Origin: the human T2T-CHM13v2.0 reference genome, Homo sapiens
Reading direction: 5' to 3' (one strand)
Assembly (NCBI RefSeq): GCF_009914755.1
Contig: NC_060933.1
Length of the DNA: 64,000 nt
Positions 52,291 to 64,000 of this stretch are shown here, piece after piece. The position numbers were made by a program, and so were the translations under genes. Position 1 is the first letter of the stretch. Each line of letters opens with the position of its first letter. The notes below the pieces were generated by a model. The model saw nothing but the letters and a program-made list of their open reading frames with translations, searched no databases and was not told where the DNA came from.

Positions 52291-52999
52291 TTGTGAGTAA
52301 AAGAAAATCACTAGAGAAATGATTTCAGACTGGGGGGAAATGGTTTTTAATGTTGAATTCTAGACACAAACCATCATTTAGTTTTGAGGAAAGATAATTT
52401 CAGGCACTTAAAGTCTCAGAATTTATCTCACAAAAGTTTTGGAAGATGTGCTCCATTAAAACATGGGAATAAATCAAGAAAGAGGGAAGCATGAGGTTTA
52501 GGGAAAATGAGAATCCATCATAAGAAAATAATGAAGGAAATCCCCAGGATGGTGGTGAAGGGAGAAAAACACAAGATAATAGCTGAGCACCATGTATGGA
52601 CAAGTCCAGATTGGAGGAAGCCCCAAGGCTCTAGGGAAAATGTCTCGAAGATACAAGACCACTGTTGCATTTGATGTATTCAGAAGAGATTGAGAGAACT
52701 GACAAATGGTTTGGGGTTGAATTAAGCCTTATGAGACAATTATTAAACTTCAGAATGCATATGAAAATTAAAATTTTCACATCTGGGGCAATGGATAACT
52801 TAAATCATAGTGGTGCTAATGCTGACTTATTTACTTGATCATAGTGGTGCAAATGCTGAATATGGATTATAACCAAAATTATGATCTAACAGTGTTGTAG
52901 GTGAGGGGACAGAAGTGTGTGCAGGCATGTAATTTGTATGTGGTTACAGTGCTACTTGTTTTTTGTTTTACACATTGTCTCTGACTTCCTCCTTTTCAG

Positions 53000-53007
53000 G
53001 TCTCTGA
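53000..53007 (+). CDS. NAA35: Coding part of a candidate NAA35 alternative last exon (adds G-L-stop after exon 11)
   Basis: CTGAC branch-like motif, pyrimidine tract TTCCTCCTTTTCAG|G; phase-1 join gives GGT CTC TGA; downstream AATAAA at 53552 and 53739. Confidence 0.6.
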
Positions 53008-53103
53008 CATCTTCTAGAGATGGAGGTGGAAGTCAGAGATAATGTGTAAAACTGAAAAGAAACGAAGGAGTACTCTAAGCTTGTTTTTTGCCAATGTGTA
53101 GAT

Positions 53104-53600
<497 letters not shown>

Positions 53601-55044
53601 TGCAAGTGGGACAAGCTTGAGGTAGATGATACCAAAAAAGAAATACAAGAGATAACTAAGAGGAAATGGAAGAGACTGCCTCTGGGGAGAGAGGCATGTT
53701 GGGTGGAAAACATGGTTAGAGGATTGATTGTTGGTTTTAATAAAAGCCTTGCTCAACTGATTCTTGAGCCACATGCATATGTGACTGAAAAAAGTTAAAA
53801 ATGTTGTGTGTATTAAAAATAGATTAAAATATGTAGAATATGATGGTACATTATCTGTGATATGGCTCCTTTAACTTCCTGAGGACTACTGACCTTGGTG
53901 CCAAAGACAAAACTATGCTATTACAACCCAGTCGGCTTAACTTGCCCACCATGGCAGTGTATTGTGCAACAGAGGTAGAGCTGACTTCATTTTAAAATCA
54001 CAAGCCGTTAGAGAGTACTAGGCCATGATGTGCTAGTGCCAGGAGCTTGAGATGTTTATTCTTTTAGTTCAAAATTTTTTCTGTTTTTAAAAAAGTCCGT
54101 GCATACCCACACATGTGTGCTTGTGTGTATCTAATCTAGAGGATTTCTAGTTTGGGGATGGTACTGTGAAGATGGCTCTGATGTTTCTACTCTCTAAAAC
54201 CAGCCAAAATCTGTAAGGAATATGAGAAATAGAATCTTTCCAGTGTCTTAAAAAATAGGGAACACTTATAACCAGAATCAAAATAGAATGGGACCCAGGA
54301 GAGGGAGAACATTGAGAATGGATAGATTTTCTTAGTGTAAACATAAGTAGACCTGCAAAGGACAGTGTTCTCACAAGAAGTTGACAAAACTTGAAGGGAA
54401 AAAACTAGGGATTCTCTTGGAATAATCACAGGTGTGGAGTACACAAGCTGACTGTGTTAAACTATGTGAATAATACCTTGGAAAGGCAAAGGAGGTGGGG
54501 CTCTGCCAGAAAACATGCACATGTACTGTCTTGGTTTCTGCTGCAAGATAGAGGAGATGCTGTTGATGTTTTAGTAGTCTAGTTAACTGGTAATCTTTGT
54601 GTCAGTAAAAGAAACACATGCACACGGGCACATCACATGTGGCTTAAGGAAAGTCAATGAGGCCTCCAGCTAGCCTAGAGTGCTATTCTAACACCTCACT
54701 CAAAAAACTGGTTCAAGAAGCACTCCTTCAGTGATATCATAATCAAAAAAGAAACTGCATAGTATTTATACACAAATATTCCAAGAAAAGAAGCAGATGA
54801 AAAACACTGCTCAGAAACACTTTTGTACAGAAATTGAAAGAATTTATTTAAAAATGGCCTCTATAGAACAAGAGCAGAAAGCGAAAATATTAAGACTAAA
54901 AGAAGAAGTAATGAATAATAGAAAGGGAGTAAAAGTGACCAGGCAGAGTTCAGGAAAGCAGTAGAAGAGAAAAATCCTGAGAGATCTCATTGAAAATAGC
55001 AAAAGCATTCTAGACATTGCTGAAAAGCCGTAAAGGACATGGAG

Positions 55045-56045
<1,001 letters not shown>

Positions 56046-56507
56046 CTGTGACCTAAGAGTTTTACACCCATTCCAAAGGTCTTTGAGTGACACTCGTAGA
56101 AATATTTTTAAACTAGCGAGAACTTGGAATATTTTTCCAAAGACCTTTTTCCTGGAGGAGAAAGACTGAAATCAGGAATGAAATTCAGCCTACTGAGACA
56201 TAAATGGAAAAGCTGTGGCAGAAGGACAGGCATTGAGCATTGATTCTGTTTCATTGTAGAACTGTGGTTAAAACGGTGGAAATTGGTTTTACTAAATATA
56301 ATGTAACATAACTGTCAAGAATCTTGACAATATAAAAGTAATTAACCAAAGTCAGGAAGTAACGGGGAAGACTAATTTTCTTTTATATGCAGGGGTCCAG
56401 AGATACTGGTTAAAGCTGAGAAATCATCTGTAATATAAAGATAGGTATATTTCAACATGTGGAGGTAACCAATGGCGATAGAGATAAGATTATTCAAGTT
56501 TGGTGCT

Positions 56508-56930
56508 TGTCGTAGTTCATTTTGTGTTGCTGTAACAGAGTTCCTGAGACTGGGTGATTTATTTTAAAAGAGGTTTACTTAGCTCATGGTTCTGCAGCCT
56601 GGGAATTTCAAGATTCATGGTGCATGCTCAGCTTCTGGTGAGGCCATGCACTGGGTCAAAACATGGCAGAGAAGTTAAGCAGACATGTGGAAAGAGGGAC
56701 CAAACAGAAAGAACCTCCCTTTTAACAATACACTATCATGGGAACTAATCCGTACCTGTGAGAACTAATCCAGTCTCACGAGAGTGAGAAGGCATTAATC
56801 TGTTTAGGAGACATCTTCCCCCTTTACTCAGACACCTCCTGTTAGGCCCCATCTCTCAACACTGTTGTACTGGCAATTAAACTTCAACTTGAATTTTGGT
56901 GGGGACGAAAACACATCCAAACCATAGCAA
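56508..56930. mobile_element. MaLR solo LTR (MST/MLT1A-like)
   Basis: TGTCGTAGTTCATTTTGTGTTGCTGTAACAGAGTTCCTGAGACTGGGTG...CCAAACCATAGCA. Confidence 0.8.
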
Positions 56931-57219
56931 TGACCAAAGGAAGGTAAAGGGAGGTCTTTAGCATTATCATTGTTTATTATTGGTAAGAAGATTAACAGCT
57001 ACCTTTCTGAAGGAATAGAACTTTAGAGATATTAATAAAGTTGTAGATACAAAATTAATAAAAGACTTCTCAATTATCAGAAGGAAAATACAGCAAAGAA
57101 TGAATGATCTTAAAGATAACAAAGGGAACCATGTATTTCCAATTTAGTGATAACAAAACTCAGTTCTGATTCTTGCTCTTCTTTCCTTCTCTTCTTGAAA
57201 AAATTCACTCCTAATGCCA

Positions 57220-58225
57220 TGAGATGGGCCTGAGCACAATGGGCATGTGCGCTAGAGCGAGACTTTGGAGCCTGCCTTAGGGATGATGATGGTGTCCACA
57301 TGGGAGATAGGAGTAGCCTGACATAAGGTGTTGTAACCATGTGGGTAGGTGGAGTGTACTTGTAGCAGGGTGAGGCCTAGCATGGGCCATCAGAGTCTGT
57401 GTGGAGTAAGGAAGTGTCCATGTAGAATGGTAGTGGAATGGGGAGGGCATCTGCAAAGAGATAAACCTAGAGCAGGAGTTTGGAATAGTTCAAGATACCT
57501 TGAGAGCATCACTGTGAATCGGTAGCCTAACTGGATTCACTGCTTCTAAAGTGAGTGGAGAAGGGTATTTCCACAGGAGTGTAGCTGAGCTTGGGGTGCC
57601 TGAGCCTAAGCAGGATTGAGAAGGGGACCATGTGGGAACAACCTGGCACTGTATGTCAGGAGCCTAAGTAGGATGAGGAGGGTGTGTCTATGGGAAGGCA
57701 GTCTAGTACAGGGTTTTGGAGTATAAAGGCAGGGAGTAGAGAGAGGCATGGGGTGTGGGAGTCCAGGCAGGGTAGGCTCATGTTAATGGAGCCTGGCAGA
57801 GTAGGGTGGTGAAACCTGAGGTAAATTCATGGAGGTGGTTGTGTGCAGGGCTGTCAGAGACCAAGCCAGGTAATGAGGGCATCTGTGCATGTGGGTGACC
57901 AAGTACAGGGTTTCAGAGCCTAAGCATGTTGAAAAAGGTGTCATTGTGGAAGGTTTCCCAGGTATGGGGTGTCAGATCATAAGTGGGGGGAAGAGGCTGT
58001 CCAGGAGGACTGGATGGCATGAGATGTCAAAGCCTAAGCAGGAAGAGAAAAGTAGAAAGGTGGCTCCATGTGGGAAGTTGTAGCCTAAGCACACTGATGA
58101 AAAGCTTCTGTGCAGAAAGGTGGCCTGTTGTGGGGTATCAGAGCTTAGATGGGGTGAGGAGAGCATCTCTAGAGGAGTGCCAAATGGAGTGGAGGTTATG
58201 GTGGCCTAACATGTCAATGATAGGA
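57220..58225 (+). repeat. Degenerate ~55-60-bp tandem array, probably an L1MC-type 3' UTR repeat
   Basis: Recurring GGGGTGTCAGAGCCTAAGCAGG..GAGGAGGGCATC.ATGTGGG; TCA(G/A)A anchors at 57854, 57913, 57972, 58027, 58138. Confidence 0.75.
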
Positions 58226-58228
58226 GAT

Positions 58229-58735
58229 TGTAGTGGACTGAATGATGGTCCCAAAGCTATCAAGGTCCTATTTCTACTTCTCAGAACCTGTAAATATTAC
58301 TTTATTTGGGAAAGGGATCTTTATAAATGTGATTGTTAAGGGTCTTGTGATGAGGGGGTGATCATGGATTGTCTGGCTGTACCCAAATATCATAAGTGTC
58401 CTTCTAAAAGAGGTGGATGGGCCGGGCGTGGTGGCTCACACCTGTAATCCCAGCACTTTGGGAGGCCAAGGCAGGCGGATCACGAGGTCAGGAGATCAAG
58501 ACTATCCTGGCTAACGCGGTGAAACCCCGTCTCTACTAAAACTACAAAAAAACAGCCGGGTGTGGTGGCGGGCGCCTGTAGTCCCAGCTACTCAGGAGGC
58601 TGAGGCAGGGGAATGGCGTGAACCCAGGACGCAGAGCTTGCAGTGAGCCAAGATTGTGCCACTGCACTCCAGCCTGGGCAACAGAGCAAGACTCCGTCTC
58701 AAAAAAAAAAAAATAATAATAAATAAATGAATAAA
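58229..58735 (+). mobile_element. MLT1-like LTR fragment (58229-58418) followed by an AluY-like element (58420-58735)
   Basis: TGTAGTGGACTGAATGATGGTCCCAAAG...AGAACCTGTAAATATTAC; Alu consensus. Confidence 0.8.
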
Positions 58736-58739
58736 ATAA

Positions 58740-60210
58740 TAGGAACATATCAGTTGGATATAGAAAAGAACTTGAAGGGGATCTCACGTGGTCAAAATTA
58801 GCAAAAACTTAAGCATCAAAGTAAATAATTCTGACAGATCATAACTTATTGAATAAAAGATAAAGCCATTATTCTACCCTGATATAAATAAATGAAATGG
58901 ACAGTTTGATGAAAATATTTATATGAGTGTCCCCCCAACCCCCAAATACTTATTAATTTCAAAGGGAAAGGGAGTAACTACAATGAAGAGGCCTGTTGGA
59001 TACACCTTAATCAAGTGATTAAAGTTCACATCACCAGTAGTAAGATCCTCATTTTGCTGATAGTGTGCAATGAGAATATAACATTAATTCTGTAATATTC
59101 CAAAGATTCATAATATGAATCTGATCATGAGGAAGCAAGACAATCCACATTGGAAGGCAGTATACAGAATTACTGGTCTGTTAGTCTTCAAAGATGTCAG
59201 TGTCATGGAAGTCAAGGAAAGACTGAAGAACTGTGTCAGACTGAAGGAGAATAAGAGGCAGTGAAATTAAATGCAGTTGACATGGTTATGAAGAAGTTTG
59301 TGAAACTTGAATGAAGTGTGAGGATTAGGTGATAGTAGTTGCTCAGTGTTAGTTTTCTAATTCTGATGGCTGTATTGTGATTATGTAAGACTATGTCTTT
59401 GTAGGAATAACACTCTAAACATACTTGAGGGTGGTTTACTATTGACTGTGCTTGGAACTTTTGAGATTGTTTCAAAAGAAAAAAGCTTACCTCAAAGCAA
59501 AATAGATCAATAATATGTTGGTGCTTTTGATATGTGAATGGATAAGTTATGATATATCTACACAATGGATATTATAATGGAATGAAATACTGATACATGG
59601 AACATAATGGATAAATCTTGGAAACATTATGTTGAGCCAAAGAAGTCAGATATAAATGAGTACAAATTGTCTGATTGTTTTGTTTGTTTAAAAGTAGGAA
59701 AGGCTAATCTTGTTTTTGAGACCGAGTTTCACTCTGTCACCCAGACTGGGGTGCAGTGGCGCAATCTAAGCTTACTGCAACCTTTGCCTGCCAGGTTCAA
59801 ATGATTCTCCCACCTCAGCCTCCTGGGTAGCTGGGATTACAGGCGTACACCACCACACCTGGCTAATTTTTGTGTTTTTAGTAGAGATGGGGTTTCACCC
59901 TGTTGGCCAGGCTGGTCTTGAACTCCCTCAAGTGATCTGCCCACCTTGGCCTCCCAAAGTGCTGCGATTACAGGTGTGAGCCACCATGTCCGGCTAGGAA
60001 AGGCTAATCCATAGGGACAGGAAGAAGTTCCTTGGTTACTGAGCATTGGAGTGATAGACTGAGAAATTGCACAAAAAAACCTTTCGGGGTGGTAAAAACG
60101 TTCTTTTTGTTGATTGTGGTAGTTACATGGTTGTACATATTTTTCAGACCATTGAACTGTACATTTAATGTTTGTATTGTATGTGAATTGCGCCTCAATA
60201 AAATTAGAAA
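58740..60210 (+). mobile_element. L1MC/L1ME 3' UTR fragments with a minus-strand Alu (59712-59995)
   Basis: AAATACTTATTAATTTCAAAGGG...CCTTAATCAAGTGATTAAAG; Alu TSD TAGGAAAGGCTAATC. Confidence 0.78.
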
Positions 60211-60355
60211 AGGGAAGTTTCTCCCACACGTGGAAGAAACTTGTAGTTGTGGTTATTTCTCCAGAGATAAACCGGGGATCACAAGTGGATGGCTTTTTTT
60301 TCTCTTAAACTCAGTGGTAAGAATGAGATTTTCAAAAAACCCTTTGCATCTATTA

Positions 60356-61565
60356 GATAGGGTCTCACTCTGTCACCCAGGCTGGAATGCAGTGATGCAG
60401 TCACGGCTCACTACAGCCTCATCGTCCTGTACTCAAGCTGTCCTCCCATCTCAGCCTCCCCAGTAGCCAGGACTACAGGCATGAGCCAGGACACCCGGCT
60501 AATTTTTTTTTTTTTTTGTAGTGACTGGGTTTTACCTGTTTAAAAATATATGCTAAACAGTATTAGATACGTAGATTTGTATGATATTACATCCTAGGTT
60601 ACTCTCACCAATGACTAGGGTATAATATTTATTGAGGCCATGCCTTGAGTTTAACAGTTGTGTTTTAATACTATTTTGTAACATTTTGGTTAAATAAAAC
60701 GTAAAGCTTACCATTTTAACCATTTTAAGTATACAATTCACTAGCATTAATTACATCCACATTGCTGTGCAACTATCACCACTGTCTCCAGAACTTTATG
60801 TTCTAAACTGGAACTCTACCCCTTAAACATGAACTCCCAGTTCCCTCCTCCCCACAAACCCTCACGGCCATTATTCTCTGTCTGAATTTCACTGTTCTAG
60901 GTCCCTCATACAAGTGATATTATGCAATACTTGTCCTTTTGTGTCTGGCTTAGTATAATTCTACAACTTTTTGTAAAAGGAAATAAAATAGCCAAGGAGT
61001 GCAGAATAACATAACCAAAGCTCAGCAGCTTTTATGTTGTTTTCCAGAATTCCTTCCAATTTAAGGGCAGCCAAAACTCGTTATTTTAATAAACCTGACT
61101 ATAAATTGCCTATGTAACTCTGGAAAATATGTTGAATAAATAATATAGTGTCTCTCTTGACTAATACATTTCCAGATCTTTAATTTTGACATCTGATTTA
61201 CTTTTAGAATAACTTACTTTGCTCAGTAAAACCAAAGTACTTGTTACCATAAATCTTTTATCCGGGGGGAAGGGGAAGGTAAAGAGAAGTTGGTTAATGG
61301 GTGCAAAAATAGTTAGATAGATGAAATATGTTCTATTATTTGATAGTACAGAAGGGAGACTATAGTTAATATTTTGTTGTATATTTCAGAATAGCTAGCA
61401 GAGAATTGGAATGTTACCAGTACAAAGAAGAGAGAAACGTTTGAAGTGACAGATATCCTAATTACCCTGATTTGATTATTACACATTGTGTACATGTATC
61501 AAAATATCACATATACCACAAAAATACATAACAACTATCATACATCAGTTTTTAAAAAAGAAAAA
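60356..61565. mobile_element. Partial Alu (-, 60356-60535), L1MB fragment (-, ~60680-60950) and L1MA 3' end (+, ~61265-61565)
   Basis: ACCATTTTAAGTATACAATTCA; GATATCCTAATTACCCTGATTTGATTATTACACATTG. Confidence 0.8.
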
Positions 61566-62925
61566 ATTATTATGTAATGACCATGTGCTATTGGTAATAC
61601 TTTTCTGTTATTAGTAATGAAGACCAGTGACCTAACAGGAATTGTAGTACCTCAACAGTTTAAACCCATGTATCATAATGTTTTGAAAATATCAGTTATA
61701 CTTTATTATTTTAAGAGAGTGCTAGTTGAAGGGAAGATAATCTTATTTGGCCCTCTTGTACTGAGTGATTTTTAGCAATTTATTTATTTTTAATTTTTAA
61801 AATTTATTTATTTAAAATAATTATTTAAATTATTTTATTTTATTTATTTAAAATAAAAAATTATTTTTTATTTGAGATGGGATTTGGAACTAAGAAGGAT
61901 TGTAGGCTAAAGATTTTAGTTTGGAATAATTTAAATCACAATTTATATTAGAATAAGTAACATCAACCAGTTGCTTAGGGAGAAAATACAGAGAAGAGGA
62001 AAAAGACCAAGAACCTTGAGAACATCTTTATTTGCGTGGTCCTAAAGAACAATTATGGTTTATATATCTCAGGGGCATTATAATATGGTTGTCAGTCTTG
62101 CTTTTAATTCTTAATAACAACAGCTATTCAGCTTTAATTTTATCTTTAATTGGCATCTGAAACCATATTTTTTCTTAGGTTGTGGCCAGTTTGTAGACTA
62201 GCAGGAGAACTTTGAATAAAAAATTCTTATTCATGTATCATTTTAGCGATATACTCCCTCATTTGAGATTTCAAGTTGAGAAAGACTTAGTTTGGAGCTA
62301 TGCACTAGTGTGAAAAGTGAGATCACCAGTGGACAGAGAAGAAAGAGGAACTCACTCTTAGGTGTCTTACAATACTGTCTTTAAAATATTGTGGATTTCT
62401 GTAATTACATCTCTGTTCCAAATGCATTTTGGGCTCATTGAGGGTTGAGGGCAGTGCTGCTCTGCTCTGCTATTCAGGATTATTATATAGCTAAGTTTGA
62501 ATGGATTCTACTGTTTAGTAATTGAGGGGAAGAGAAGCTTATATTATTTGTGTTCCCATTTTACCTTTCTTCACAATCTCATGGTTAATGTATCATTTCC
62601 TCTGTTTTGAAAGAATATACTGACCCTATTTTATCCTCAGAGTTTTTTCTTTGAGTTCATTTTGACATAGAAACTCCCCTCCATCACCACTATCACCACC
62701 ATGTAGGTAGGAGGTACAGTTTTAGGTTATTAAATCTACTTGTTTAGTTTTTAAAAAATGTATATGTATAGATATATTCTAAATTATAAAATCTATTTAG
62801 AGGATTTTGTGGTTAGAATTTGTTTGGAAAAGCTTTTTAAACTGGCATTTTTATATTTAATAACATTTGCAGTTTAAAATTCAGAGAAAAGTTGAAAAAT
62901 TTTACTTTCATTTTTTTCTTTTTAG

Positions 62926-63104
62926 ATCATCCAATTATGATGGGTTTTGAACCCCTTGTGAACCAGAGGCTACTTCCACCTACCTTCCCTCGATATGCAA
63001 AAATAATTAAAAGGGAAGAAATGGTGAACTATTTTGCAAGATTAATAGATAGAATAAAAACTGTCTGTGAGGTTGTGAATTTAACAAATTTACATTGTAT
63101 CCTG
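62926..63104 (+). CDS. NAA35: NAA35 exon 12 (gene continues past the window)
   Basis: (D)[59 protein letters not shown]; TTTTAG| and CTG|GTAAGT; cumulative CDS 1056 nt = 352 codons. Confidence 0.97.
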
Positions 63105-63390
63105 GTAAGTACAAATCTCTGTTCCAGAATGTAACTTCCATTTAAAAAAAATTGATACATAATAATTGTACATATTTATGTGGTAACTTTGGTTTAACAA
63201 CAGAATAATTGATTGCTTTATAGACATTGACCAAGGGTAAATACTACTCTTTGTCTATTTTCTGTGATAGCTAGAGGATTAAGTGGTTCATAAATACTAT
63301 ACATACATACTGTTTAATCCTCAAAAGCTTTTACACTATTTTAGAGATTAAGAAGCCGATGTTGAAGGGTTAGATAATTCATCCAAGATT

Positions 63391-64000
<610 letters not shown>

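Overview
Primate (very likely human) genomic DNA holding the promoter and 5' part of NAA35 (MAK10, auxiliary subunit of the NatC N-terminal acetyltransferase) on the + strand. It has a CpG-island promoter, a non-coding exon 1 ending near 7800 and coding exons 2-12 (8687-63104). These splice with canonical GT-AG sites into 352 uninterrupted codons ([14 protein letters not shown]...NLTNLHCIL), and the gene continues past the window. Upstream lies a decayed processed RSL1D1 pseudogene split by two Alus. The rest is mostly transposon-derived: about 40 Alus, L1/L2/MIR, hAT and Tigger fossils, and solo LTRs. I see no clear new multi-gene system. The best leads concern NAA35 expression: (1) a 4-nt tandem donor that would switch an upstream ATG from an overlapping uORF to an in-frame N-terminal extension, (2) a duplicated in-frame acceptor before exon 3, (3) a candidate intronic last exon giving a 294-aa product, (4) a candidate poison exon, and (5) an inverted Alu pair predicting a circRNA. 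There are also unusual insertion fossils: an inverted Alu copy sharing private mutations with its neighbour, and tailless U6 and L1 inserts with perfect TSDs. Repeat subfamily names are recognised by eye and need RepeatMasker/Dfam confirmation. Repeat boundaries are approximate unless a TSD is quoted.
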